This document shows positions 18,955-27,842 of a stretch of 64,000 nucleotides of DNA, in pieces. The first letter of the stretch is position 1, and every line of letters starts with the position of its first letter. The translations under genes were made by a program, and so were the position numbers. Below the pieces are notes generated by a model. That model saw only the letters and a program-made list of their open reading frames with translations. It ran no database searches and was not told the DNA's origin. Source of the stretch: Dehalococcoidia bacterium. Its GTDB lineage: Bacteria; Chloroflexota; Dehalococcoidia; GIF9; UBA5629. Where the stretch lies: positions 7,811 through 71,810 of the forward strand of contig DAOUFR010000058.1 of the NCBI GenBank assembly GCA_034429715.1, given 5' to 3'.

Positions 18955-19671
18955 ATGTCTTTAGTCGAATGGAGCGTTGACGAAAACATCGCGCTGCTCA
19001 CCATGAAGAATGGTGAGAACAGGTTTAATATGGGCTTCTGCAGCGAATTGCTCAAAGCGCTGGACGATATCGAGAAGAAGACCGCCGTCACCGCGCTTGT
19101 CGTGAAATCTGCCGACGAAAAGATCTGGTGCAACGGTATGGACCTCGACTGGCTCGTGCCCGCAATCGGACGCAAGGATCCCGAAGTGGAGAAATTTTTC
19201 GAGGTCCAGGATAGGGTTTACAGGCGCATTACCTTCTATCCCATGAATACGGTGGCGGCGCTGACCGGCCACGCGTTCGCCGGGGGCGCCATACTGGCCT
19301 GCTCTTTCGATTTTCTTTACATGCGCGCCGACCGCGGCTTCCTGTGTTTCCCCGAAGTCGATCTAAATATCCCCTTCCTGCCGTATATGGATGCTTTAAT
19401 CAAGAGGACCCTGCCCTCAACCAGAGTGCGCGAAGCCCAGTTGACCGGGAAGCGTTACACCGCTGCAGAGCTGGAGAAGCTCAACGTTGTGCGTAAAGCC
19501 TGCTCCTCGGCCGATGAGACCGTAAAAGAGGCGGTGGCCTTCGCCAAAAGCCTGAATAAGGGCAGAGGCATCGTGGGCGAGATGAAAAAAATCATGAACG
19601 CACGCATCGGAAATCTCATGGACAATGTGGTTAGACCTAAACTGGATACGGGCGGCGTTCCCATTAAATAG
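18955..19671 (+). CDS. enoyl-CoA hydratase/isomerase (crotonase) family protein
   Basis: It shows the crotonase fold signature. A GGAGG RBS is present. Confidence 0.65.
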   Translation: MSLVEWSVDENIALLTMKNGENRFNMGFCSELLKALDDIEKKTAVTALVVKSADEKIWCNGMDLDWLVPAIGRKDPEVEKFFEVQDRVYRRITFYPMNTVAALTGHAFAGGAILACSFDFLYMRADRGFLCFPEVDLNIPFLPYMDALIKRTLPSTRVREAQLTGKRYTAAELEKLNVVRKACSSADETVKEAVAFAKSLNKGRGIVGEMKKIMNARIGNLMDNVVRPKLDTGGVPIK

Positions 19672-19702
19672 CGTTTGACTCTGTGTGATACAAATTATGC
19701 AT

Positions 19703-21331
19703 ATGCGGAATACAGCGGTCCGGCTCTTGATACTGCCGGTTGTTTTCATATCAGCGATGCTGTGCGGCTGCGGCAGCCCCGCGATCGTGGGTTCACTGGT
19801 GAAGGTGCAGGCCGACAATGCTGTCGTCAACGGCGTAATCATCGATCAGGCCGGCTATATAGCTACCGGCAGCGGCGCGCTGGGCGACTCCACCTCTCTA
19901 TCTGTTGAGCTCAAGCCCGGGCAGAGCTACGAGGGCCGTTTGGTCTGCAGGGACAGTGAGAGGGACCTGGCCCTGCTTAAAATAGAGGCGCCTGAGCTCA
20001 AGTCGGCTTTACCGGGAGATTCGGACCTTGTGCACCAATGGGATGAGGTGACTGTGTGGGGATTCAAGCCCGGCGATGCCGCTCCGATAGAGTCAAAGGG
20101 CAGCGTGACTTCATTGCCCAAAGACGAGCAGATTACCTATTTACAGACCAACGCAGCCCTGGACCCATCGCTGGCGGGAAGCGCCGTATTGAACAAGGCG
20201 GGCGAGATGGTCGGCATGGTTTCATGGAATGCCGACCAGCCGGGTCGCGAAGGGTTCGCGCTGACATCCAACGAGATACAAAGAGTGCTGGATCAGGCCG
20301 GGGAAGCGGAATCCAACCCGCTTGCCGTCGCTTCGGTCGATTCTCCTTCGGTCTTCAGCGATCGCGCGGTGATATCCTGGCAGACCAACCGGCCGGCAAC
20401 CGGCCAGGTTGAGTTCGGATTAAAAGGCTCTTACGGTAACAAGACAGCGCTGGACGCGACCATGCTGAACACACATGCGGCCGTGCTGCAGGGATTGGTA
20501 CCTAAAACGGCCTATTATTTCCGGGTGCTTTCCGTCGACTGTTGCGGCAATGCTGTGGCTTCAAAGGGATATACGCTCACGACCACAGCGGCCGGCGCCC
20601 AGGCGGGCGAGTTCACGATCTCGAATGTTGACGTATACGATATTACCAGCACAGCCGCTTCGGTGAGATGGATTACCAGCAAACCGGCTACGGGCGTCGT
20701 CAACTACACTGCGGATAAAGAAACCGAATCCGACAGCGAAATGGACAATAGCTTTGTGTACGAACATAAATTCAGGTTGAACGGCCTGTATCCTCAGACG
20801 CGCTACAGCGTGGCCATCAAGTCCGAAACTGATTTCGATGAGTCTGCGCAACAGACGTTGAATCCTTTCACGACACCGCCGACCTCCCCTGTTTGCTGCA
20901 AGATGAATTGCAAGATACTGGATTTCTCTTTTAAAACTCTCCAGGGCGATGATTTTACAAACAAAGACATCGCGGGAAAGAAGGTATTTATTGTTTTCAC
21001 CAAGACCACCTGCCCGAACTGCATGAAGCAGGCTCTTTTCCTCAACGACGTCTATCGCGACTGGCCGAAGGGGACCGATATGATGATGTTCATGGTGGCC
21101 AGCAGCGAGAAGCAAGCTGATGTCGAGGAGTGGATCAAGAAATACGGACTGGTCATGCCCGTTTATATAGATCCGACTGCGAAGCTGGTCAGCGGGTGCC
21201 AGTTCAGGACCATCCCCACGGCGCTCTTCCTGGATACGGGATCGGTCATAAGGGATTATAAGAGCGGCGGATTCGGTAATAGAAAGGATATGGAAGCTGC
21301 CCTGAAGTATTTTTATGAACAAGAGCGATAG
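19703..21331 (+). CDS. lipoprotein with an HtrA/trypsin-like domain (apparently catalytically dead), 2 x FN3 domains and a C-terminal TlpA-like thioredoxin domain
   Basis: A lipobox (AMLCGC) is present. The trypsin-like region aligns to HtrA with the catalytic His replaced by Gly (YIATGSGAL) and the catalytic Ser by Ala (DPSLAGSAV), while the Asp is kept (RDLALLKI). Two FN3/PAP-N-like repeats (VISWQTNRPATGQVEFG..., ASVRWITSKPATGVVNY...) follow. The redoxin domain carries CPNC. Confidence 0.6.
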   Translation: MRNTAVRLLILPVVFISAMLCGCGSPAIVGSLVKVQADNAVVNGVIIDQAGYIATGSGALGDSTSLSVELKPGQSYEGRLVCRDSERDLALLKIEAPELKSALPGDSDLVHQWDEVTVWGFKPGDAAPIESKGSVTSLPKDEQITYLQTNAALDPSLAGSAVLNKAGEMVGMVSWNADQPGREGFALTSNEIQRVLDQAGEAESNPLAVASVDSPSVFSDRAVISWQTNRPATGQVEFGLKGSYGNKTALDATMLNTHAAVLQGLVPKTAYYFRVLSVDCCGNAVASKGYTLTTTAAGAQAGEFTISNVDVYDITSTAASVRWITSKPATGVVNYTADKETESDSEMDNSFVYEHKFRLNGLYPQTRYSVAIKSETDFDESAQQTLNPFTTPPTSPVCCKMNCKILDFSFKTLQGDDFTNKDIAGKKVFIVFTKTTCPNCMKQALFLNDVYRDWPKGTDMMMFMVASSEKQADVEEWIKKYGLVMPVYIDPTAKLVSGCQFRTIPTALFLDTGSVIRDYKSGGFGNRKDMEAALKYFYEQER

Positions 21332-21351
21332 ACATTTAAAAGGGGAATGAG

Positions 21352-21390
21352 AAAGGCCGGCGTCCCCCGGGGGACGCCGGCCTTTAATTT
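21352..21390. terminator. bidirectional rho-independent terminator (perfect 14-bp stem GGCCGGCGTCCCCC/GGGGGACGCCGGCC)
   Basis: The stem sits at 21355-21382 and is flanked by TTTAATTT on the plus strand and TTTCTC on the minus strand. It lies between convergent genes. Confidence 0.75.
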
Positions 21391-21395
21391 AACGG

Positions 21396-23147
21396 TTAAG
21401 ACCTGAACACGAAGCTGAGAGCGCCTGCGAGATCGATAGTGTCACCATCTTTAATCGCCTGCCTGCCTGTGCCCTTGATGGAGGACCCGTTCAGCCTGGT
21501 GCCGTTGGTGCTGCCACGGTCCTCGATGTAATACTGGCCGTTTTCATAGGAGACTGTGACATGTTGCCTGGATATAAGGTCTGCCTTATCCGGGGAAACC
21601 ATGTGCTGGAAGTCCCTTCGTCCCAGCGGCGCGTCACCCGCCAGCGAAAGTTCGCTTCCGTTGGAGGCAACGAATTTGGCCGCTGGACCGACGGGTACCG
21701 GCGAGGTTTTGGGAGAGCCTGTTGCCGGCAGAGTGGCTACGGGTGAAGTGACAGCAGGCATCGTGCCGGAGCGCCCGCCGCCGTAATGAACGGCCTGCGC
21801 AGCAGGTTTCCTCAGCAGAAGGATGACTATGATTATGGCGGCTGCGGCCAGCAGCGCAACGAGCAGGATATAGGGTAGCCACCATGACAGCGTGCCATTA
21901 CTGCTGCCGGCGGTGCTGACCGGGTCGGTGGCGGTGGAGGCGGCTTCGGTTGTGCCGCTATAGGTGCCGCCGGTGTAATAGGTGCTGCCGACATAGGGCG
22001 CCACCGTTACCGTGGTGCTGGCCACCCCCGAGCCTGCGCTGTTCGACGCGGTAAGTGTATAAGTGGTCGTGTAGGCGGGAGTTACAACGTACACTCCCGT
22101 ATTGGGCACCGAGCCAACCGAAGGCGATATGCTGACATTAGCCGTGTTGTTGACCGTCCATGACAGTGTGGATGATTGCCCCGGCTGGATATAGCTGGGA
22201 TTGGCCGTGAACGAGCTGATCACAGGCGCATAGACCGGAGAAGGTGTGGACGGCACCACCACGACAGGATAGCTACGATAGTAAGGTGTTACCCATGAGT
22301 TGGAGTACCACCGGTACCCGTAGGGATAGTATGGTGCAAAGGGATTATACGGATTGTATGGTGGCCTGTGTGGTGGCGGTGGCCCAGGGGGCGGCGGCCC
22401 GGGAGGCGGTGGCCCGGGAGGCGGTGGCCCGGGAGGTGGCGGCCCAGGAGGTGGTGGTCCTGGAGGAGGAGGCAATGGTGGAGGTGGAGGAGGTGGCATC
22501 GGCGGAGCAGGGAAAGAGTCCGGTCCCGGCACCGATATCGGTGGATGGACTTGGACTGTAATTGGCGATGAAGGTGGCAGAGGGGGTGGCGGGAGCGCAT
22601 CACCCGCAGGTGGTTCAGCCTGGGCGACCTGAATAGGCGGCTGAAGCTCCTCAGACACCTGTTCTGAAGAGGTAATAGCAGGGTCTTCAATTGCAGAATC
22701 CTGCGATGGGACGATAGGCTCGGAACCGGTTGCAACCGTGGTCTCGATCACCGGTTCAGGCAAAGGTGGAGGTGGTGGTGCGACCAACTCGGTAGTGGAC
22801 GCAACCGTGGTCTCGACCACCGGCGCGGGCGGCTCAGGAGTAGATGTAACCGTAGTCTCGACCACCGGAGCTACCGGATCAGGTGCAGACGCAACCGTGG
22901 TCTCGACCACCGGAGCTACCGGCTCGGGTGCAGATGCAACCGTGGTCTCTGCTACCGGCGCGGGTGGCTCAGGAGTAGATGTGATCGTGGCCTCTTCCAC
23001 AACAGCCGGGGTGGTTGTCTCTGTGGCTATGGAAGTTTCCGATGGCGCCGGTGCATCGTCCGCAGAGGCAGGTATCAGCGGCAGCATTAAGACAGAGCAG
23101 ACAAGAAGCGCTGCCGCCAGGAACTGAACAATTTTTTTAGCAGTCAT
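21396..23147 (-). CDS. membrane-anchored FHA-domain protein with a repetitive Pro-rich ectodomain, an Ig/PKD-like domain, one TM helix and a C-terminal cytoplasmic FHA domain (583 aa)
   Basis: A signal peptide is followed by about five copies of the 15-aa repeat ETTVASAPEPVAPVV, then (PPPGP)x6, a Tyr/Trp-rich segment and an Ig-like domain. The TM helix is LPYILLVALLAAAAIIIVILLL. The FHA motif is GRR...ISRQH...GSTNGTRLNG. A GAGGAGG RBS is present. Confidence 0.75.
   Translation of the reverse strand: MTAKKIVQFLAAALLVCSVLMLPLIPASADDAPAPSETSIATETTTPAVVEEATITSTPEPPAPVAETTVASAPEPVAPVVETTVASAPDPVAPVVETTVTSTPEPPAPVVETTVASTTELVAPPPPPLPEPVIETTVATGSEPIVPSQDSAIEDPAITSSEQVSEELQPPIQVAQAEPPAGDALPPPPLPPSSPITVQVHPPISVPGPDSFPAPPMPPPPPPPLPPPPGPPPPGPPPPGPPPPGPPPPGPPPPGPPPPHRPPYNPYNPFAPYYPYGYRWYSNSWVTPYYRSYPVVVVPSTPSPVYAPVISSFTANPSYIQPGQSSTLSWTVNNTANVSISPSVGSVPNTGVYVVTPAYTTTYTLTASNSAGSGVASTTVTVAPYVGSTYYTGGTYSGTTEAASTATDPVSTAGSSNGTLSWWLPYILLVALLAAAAIIIVILLLRKPAAQAVHYGGGRSGTMPAVTSPVATLPATGSPKTSPVPVGPAAKFVASNGSELSLAGDAPLGRRDFQHMVSPDKADLISRQHVTVSYENGQYYIEDRGSTNGTRLNGSSIKGTGRQAIKDGDTIDLAGALSFVFRS
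22381..22470. repeat. 6 x 15-bp tandem repeat (GGCCCGGGAGGCGGT) encoding PPPGP repeats on the minus strand
   Basis: The repeat units are directly visible in sequence. Confidence 0.8.
22738..23025. repeat. about 6 x 45-bp tandem repeat (four near-perfect copies at 22801-22980) encoding 15-aa ectodomain repeats
   Basis: The unit gcaaccgtggtctcgaccaccgg[a/c]gc... recurs at 45-nt period and is in-frame coding within the FHA583 gene. Confidence 0.8.
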
Positions 23148-23176
23148 TTTAACCTCCTCTTTGATTACGATGATTA

Positions 23177-24724
23177 CTATATTTTAAAGGTGATACTCAA
23201 TTTATCGGCCAGCTCAATGACATCGCCGTCCACGAGGGGTTGTTTGCCGCTGTCGCGGATCTCCGAACCGTTGAGCCTGGTGCCGTTTGTGCTGCCGGGA
23301 TCCTCGACGTAGTATTTTCCGTCCTCATACCATACGTTGATGTGCTGCCTTGAGATGAACGATGCTCTGTCCGACGGCAGCAGTTTTTCAAAGTCCTGGC
23401 GTCCGAGCGTCCTGGTATTGCCGGCCAGCAGCATCTCCCCGCCGTCGGGCATGATAAGTTTGGCGGGAGGAGCTTCTGTGATGGATGTGGACGCCCCCGA
23501 TGTGCCCGCAGTCGATGTAGCGGCGCTGGATGTAGCGGTACCCGCGCTTGCAGCCGATGTACGTGGCGACTTGGGAGAGCGGGGCTTTTTCACCATCATA
23601 ACGACTATTATTATGGCGGCTATAGCCAGCAGCGCCAGAAGTCCGTAAAGAAGGTAGAAGGGTTGCTCGACGGTGACGGTAACGGCTGCCGTCTGCGTCG
23701 TGCCGTCGATATAAGTGGCGGTGAGGCTATATGTAGTCGTTTGATTGGGCGCTACCATCGCTGTGCCCACGGCATCGAAATTACCCAGCCCGTCGATGTA
23801 TACCTGTAAGGCGGCGGGAGCGTTCCATGAAAGCGTGGTGGACTGTCCGGACTGTATGGTGGGTTGCTGCACGCTCAACGCAGGCGGCACCCTCGGTATA
23901 ACGTTAATGGTGGCGGAAGACGTCACCGTGCTTCCCGAGCTGCCCGTAGCCGACAGTGTGTAAGTGGTGGTCGCGCCGGGTGTGACAGTTGTCGATCCGG
24001 ATGTCCCCACCGTACCTATGCCGGGTGATATGATAACGCTGCTGGCGTTGCTCGTGGTCCAGGTCAGTGTGACGGTTTGTCCGACGTCTATAGACGATGC
24101 ATTTGCGCTGAAAGAATTGATCACGGGTTGATAGATCGGCCTGGGCGACGGCCCGCTGTAAGGTGAAATGCTGCCGCGTGCGTAATTGAAGCTCAGAGTA
24201 CGCTCCGACCAGGAGAAGCCGGAGTTGTACCACATCTTCCAGACATAGAGCCCGTCGGGATCCCATGACTCAGCACTGAACGGCCCGATGCGCCATACGC
24301 CCGCGTAAGGCCTGTACCATCTGTAACACAGCCAGTGCCCGTAGGGCGTGGTCCCTGACGGATAGTATTCCCACAGGTAGAAGTACCCCGGGCCGTTAAA
24401 GGAAACAAGCAGGTAGCACAGGTCGTTACGATAAAGATTGTAGAGCGTTTGCCCGTAGCTGGTTACCAGGTAGGCGTTTACGATGGACCCTGCTGCTCCT
24501 GCCGGAGGGGATGGCGGCACCGTCATCTGAAGGCTGGGCCAGGTCTGGTTGTAAGTGTCAACACCGACCGGCGGCTCGACCATTTCCCCGCCTTCGTCCG
24601 GCGGCTGCCAGCTTTCATCGGGATTAATTGGCGGTGATGGCTGTGCCTGAGCCGGCGAAAATACTGCAGCTGCGGCTGATAAAACCATGCACGCGATCAG
24701 CAGCGGTAAAACTATCTTTTTCAT
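23177..24724 (-). CDS. membrane-anchored FHA-domain protein with the Tyr/Trp-rich ectodomain and two Ig-like domains (515 aa)
   Basis: A signal peptide is followed by the shared motif block (YFYLWEYYPSG...WLCYRWYRPYAGVWRIGPF). Two Ig/PKD-like domains follow (PVINSFSANASSIDVGQTVTLTWTT..., PALSVQQPTIQSGQSTTLSW...). The TM helix is LLALLAIAAIIIVVMMV, and the FHA domain is C-terminal. Confidence 0.75.
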   Translation of the reverse strand: MKKIVLPLLIACMVLSAAAAVFSPAQAQPSPPINPDESWQPPDEGGEMVEPPVGVDTYNQTWPSLQMTVPPSPPAGAAGSIVNAYLVTSYGQTLYNLYRNDLCYLLVSFNGPGYFYLWEYYPSGTTPYGHWLCYRWYRPYAGVWRIGPFSAESWDPDGLYVWKMWYNSGFSWSERTLSFNYARGSISPYSGPSPRPIYQPVINSFSANASSIDVGQTVTLTWTTSNASSVIISPGIGTVGTSGSTTVTPGATTTYTLSATGSSGSTVTSSATINVIPRVPPALSVQQPTIQSGQSTTLSWNAPAALQVYIDGLGNFDAVGTAMVAPNQTTTYSLTATYIDGTTQTAAVTVTVEQPFYLLYGLLALLAIAAIIIVVMMVKKPRSPKSPRTSAASAGTATSSAATSTAGTSGASTSITEAPPAKLIMPDGGEMLLAGNTRTLGRQDFEKLLPSDRASFISRQHINVWYEDGKYYVEDPGSTNGTRLNGSEIRDSGKQPLVDGDVIELADKLSITFKI

Positions 24725-24891
24725 ATCTATAAAGCACCTCCAGGTGATCGTGTATCTTTATTAAGTATAAGGGCACATTACACCCTCTGCTTGACCCTGG
24801 CCTGACAGGTTCCTGACAAACACCTGATAAAAAGGCGGATGCTCGGATTGAACCAGGTACCGGGCAGGGCCCTCATGAGGAAATAAAGAGG

Positions 24892-26004
24892 TTAATGGTT
24901 GGATCGGAACTTCAGACTGGCCTTGCCGGCCATCTCGATAACGTCCCCGTCTTTCAATTCCAGTGGGCCTGAGTCACGAATACTGGCAGCATTGACGGCA
25001 GTGCCGTTGGCGCTGCCCATGTCTTCGATGAAAGCCTTCCCGTCTGTGAAGCTGATCTTAAAGTGCTGCTTTGATATCATCCCCAGCTCATCCAGTCCCA
25101 GCGACCTGGCGACCTGGGCGCGTCCGATTATCTCGCTTTCTTCACCCAGGCGAATCTTCAATCCGTTGGGTAATTCCAGGACGGCCCTGGCTGTGCCGTG
25201 CAGCGGCGCTTTTGGTGTAATACCCGGATGCTCGAGCAATTCCACCAGCGGCTGCTGCGTCATATTCCGGGCGTAATTCTGTTCGCGCAGGCGGCGTCGC
25301 CCATACAGTGCCAGGAGCACAATGACGACTATGGCGGAAGGGGCAATCAGCAGGAAAAGGGGATTGGTTATAAATTTCAGCAGGTTGTTGTCCGCTGTGT
25401 CAGGCTGTTCAGGTGTCGAGGGGGTGGCTGGCTGAGCCGGCTCTTCCGTGCCCTTGACATAGTTCCAGAAGACAAGGTGGCTTCTCTGCGCTTCGCTGCT
25501 GCCTGCCGCCCATTGTCCGTTTCCGTAAAAGAAGAGCCTGTAGATATGCTGGCCCTCCAGCTCGTCCTCGCCCGGCCGGAACGGCCCGAACCTCCATCGT
25601 CCCTGCTCTTTCAACTGCCATTTGTAGGCAATCCATCTGCCCTGGTCATATCTGTCCGACGGATAGTATTCATATATATACAACCAGCCCGGCATATTGA
25701 CATCGACATCGAGGTACCATTGCTCGTCGCCCGTGAAGGTGTCGCCGCCTTCGGCGGATATCCCATGTATGGTCGCAACCAGATCAGGCGATTCGCCTGA
25801 AGGCAGTGCAGTAGTGCTGTGCAATATGAAATTAACGGGCGGCTTAATCTCATTATGCTGGGTATCATCCATGGGATCCGGTATGGTGAAGTTGTCGGTA
25901 GGCGCCCCCATGGCATACGCGCATACATGTGTGAGGGCTACTGCGCTGAGGGAAGCGAACAGGACGGCCAGCGCAAATATCAATGCCGGTACCGGCCGTT
26001 TCAC
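24892..26004 (-). CDS. membrane-anchored FHA-domain protein with the Tyr/Trp-rich ectodomain (370 aa)
   Basis: A signal peptide is followed by the shared block (WLYIYEYYPSD...WIAYKWQLKEQGRWRFGPF). The TM helix is LFLLIAPSAIVVIVLLALY, and the FHA domain is C-terminal. The GTG start overlaps the kinase stop (GTGA). Confidence 0.75.
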   Translation of the reverse strand: MKRPVPALIFALAVLFASLSAVALTHVCAYAMGAPTDNFTIPDPMDDTQHNEIKPPVNFILHSTTALPSGESPDLVATIHGISAEGGDTFTGDEQWYLDVDVNMPGWLYIYEYYPSDRYDQGRWIAYKWQLKEQGRWRFGPFRPGEDELEGQHIYRLFFYGNGQWAAGSSEAQRSHLVFWNYVKGTEEPAQPATPSTPEQPDTADNNLLKFITNPLFLLIAPSAIVVIVLLALYGRRRLREQNYARNMTQQPLVELLEHPGITPKAPLHGTARAVLELPNGLKIRLGEESEIIGRAQVARSLGLDELGMISKQHFKISFTDGKAFIEDMGSANGTAVNAASIRDSGPLELKDGDVIEMAGKASLKFRSNH

Positions 26005-27017
26005 TTAGATACCCCCACTTCTTTCACCTCGCATTCGTTTGCAGACAGAAGTGCTGACCGCATGGCCGTGGCGCTGGCAAATCTGCTGCCCGGTGAAAAC
26101 ATAATGGCCTGGGCCAGGCAGCGTGATGTCCTTGCCGAGATACCCGCCGAGATCATGTAGTCCGCCACCTTGCCGGCCTCGGTGTAGCTCCGCGGCCAGT
26201 TGGTGCGGATCAGCTCGGTGCACAGATCGTTGGGCTGTCTGAGCGTGAGCAGGTAGATACAGGTCTGCGCCAGGCCGCACAGGTCGCAACGCTGGTCGCT
26301 CTCGCCGCCTATGAATAATTCAGGTATATCGAAACCCTTGTTGGCTATCTGGGTGAAGGGATCCGTCTTGACCGTGTCCCTTTTCATGCTCTCCAGGCTT
26401 TTGGCCGTGCCGAAGTCGATCAGTTTGATGCCGCCGTTTCCGCTGAGCATGATGTTCTTGGGATTGACGTCCCTGTGCACAATACCCGCGGCGTGGATAT
26501 AGGCCAGGGCGTCCAGCGCCTGTCCGGCCCAGGCCAGGAGCTTCTGCTCACCGGCCGATGTCCTGGGAGAGGACGACATGACAGGTTCACCTGTTACGAG
26601 CTCCAGTACCAGGTGGAATTCCCCTTTGTAATAGAAATCATCAAGGTATGTGACTATATTGGGATGCTGCAGCCTTTTGAGGAAAGCGGCTTCCTGGCGT
26701 AGCTTGTCCAGATAAACATTGTCCATGGTGGTGCCCCTGCGGGGCGTCTTGATGATGCATTTCTTACCGCTGGTGCGGTCCCTGGCCAGCCAGATGTTTG
26801 CCATGCCTCCTTGTTTGAAGGCCGGTGCTTTAAGCTCGTAGCGGCTGTTGATGCGGTGCTTGCGTTCAGGCTGGGCCTGCTGTTGCGTCGGCCTGCCCTG
26901 GCGCCGGGCTGAGGCGTTCGCCTTGTGCCGCTGGACCGCCTGGATAATAGCCACTGTGACCGGTATGCTGGTGAAGATCAGTGCAAAGACTATGACAAAG
27001 ATGGTCGGATCGTCCAT
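26001..27017 (-). CDS. Ser/Thr protein kinase (Hanks-type, atypical motifs) with an N-terminal TM helix
   Basis: Subdomain motifs are present: ANIWLARD...KCIIK (Lys), HRDVNPKNIM (catalytic loop) and DFGTAK. The N-terminal TM helix is IFVIVFALIFTSIPVTVAIIQAV. The ATG overlaps the PP2C stop by 1 nt (TGATG). The track ORF is extended spuriously upstream. Confidence 0.8.
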   Translation of the reverse strand: MDDPTIFVIVFALIFTSIPVTVAIIQAVQRHKANASARRQGRPTQQQAQPERKHRINSRYELKAPAFKQGGMANIWLARDRTSGKKCIIKTPRRGTTMDNVYLDKLRQEAAFLKRLQHPNIVTYLDDFYYKGEFHLVLELVTGEPVMSSSPRTSAGEQKLLAWAGQALDALAYIHAAGIVHRDVNPKNIMLSGNGGIKLIDFGTAKSLESMKRDTVKTDPFTQIANKGFDIPELFIGGESDQRCDLCGLAQTCIYLLTLRQPNDLCTELIRTNWPRSYTEAGKVADYMISAGISARTSRCLAQAIMFSPGSRFASATAMRSALLSANECEVKEVGVSK

Positions 27018-27820
27018 CAGACTGTTTTTACCCCCGTCTTTGCCGACACCAGTGCCTGCCAGGAGGGGAGGCCGCCGGGTTGGGCGATGATAACCGATAT
27101 GTTGTCGGGGCCGCCGGCCAGGTTGGCCCGGGAGATCAGGTCCGCGCAGGCCTGCCGCGGACTCTGCGAGGCAAGCACCGTTTCCTCGATTCTGCCAGCA
27201 GGGAGCACCCCGCACAGGCCGTCCGAGCACAGCAATATGTTGTCCCCGGCATAAAGCTTGATTTGTATCAGGTCCGGCAGGCTATTATCATTGTAACCCA
27301 GCACGCGTGTTATCTCGTTGCGGCGCGGATGTGTCAGGGCTTCCTCCGCCGATATATCACCGGTATCTACCAGCTCCTGCACCACGGAATGGTCCGTTGT
27401 GACCTGAATGATCTCCCTGGTGTTGATAATGTAACAGCGGGAATCCCCTATGTGGGCAACGTACATATCCTGCCCTGTAATAAGGGCCGCGGTGAGAGTG
27501 GTGCCCATACCCTGCAGCGACTTTTCTGTTGCAGCTTCGAGGACGGCGTTGTTAGCCTTGCTGAAAGCCGAGGCCATCAGCGGCAATCCGGGCGCCGTCT
27601 GCCGAGCCAGCAGTCCGGAGATACATTCGACCTGGAAAATCCTGATAGCCAGGTCGCTGGCGATTTCCCCTGCTTCGTGTCCGCCCATGCCGTCCGCCAC
27701 CGCGAACAGACCGGCAGATACCGTACCTGAATTAGTATGCAGGTCGAAGGTGCTGTAGAAAACACTGTCTTCGTTGAGTTTTCTCACCAGGCCGGTGTCC
27801 CAGCCGTAACCTATCTCCAA
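27017..27820 (-). CDS. PP2C-family Ser/Thr protein phosphatase
   Basis: Metal-binding motifs are present (NEDS, FAVADGMGGHEAGEIAS, DG...D). An AAGGAG RBS precedes the TTG start. Confidence 0.85.
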   Translation of the reverse strand: MEIGYGWDTGLVRKLNEDSVFYSTFDLHTNSGTVSAGLFAVADGMGGHEAGEIASDLAIRIFQVECISGLLARQTAPGLPLMASAFSKANNAVLEAATEKSLQGMGTTLTAALITGQDMYVAHIGDSRCYIINTREIIQVTTDHSVVQELVDTGDISAEEALTHPRRNEITRVLGYNDNSLPDLIQIKLYAGDNILLCSDGLCGVLPAGRIEETVLASQSPRQACADLISRANLAGGPDNISVIIAQPGGLPSWQALVSAKTGVKTV

Positions 27821-27842
27821 TCAAATCTCCTTCATTTGCATA

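Noticed and set aside
22354-22632. Gly-rich (GGGGPGGGGP...) and Arg/Trp-rich plus-strand ORFs.
   Set aside because: These are alternative-frame readings of the 15-bp PPPGP-coding tandem repeat in the minus-strand FHA583 gene, not independent genes.
22738-23025. Regularly spaced 45-bp direct repeats that could superficially suggest a CRISPR array.
   Set aside because: The repeats are contiguous with no spacers and are in-frame coding sequence of an ectodomain repeat. No cas genes are present.
26001-27230. Extended N-terminus of the kinase ORF (the first 71 aa of the track ORF).
   Set aside because: That extension would overlap the PP2C coding region and is Arg/Pro/Gly-rich. An internal ATG with an RBS at 27017 immediately precedes the TM helix and gives a 1-nt stop/start overlap typical of this operon.
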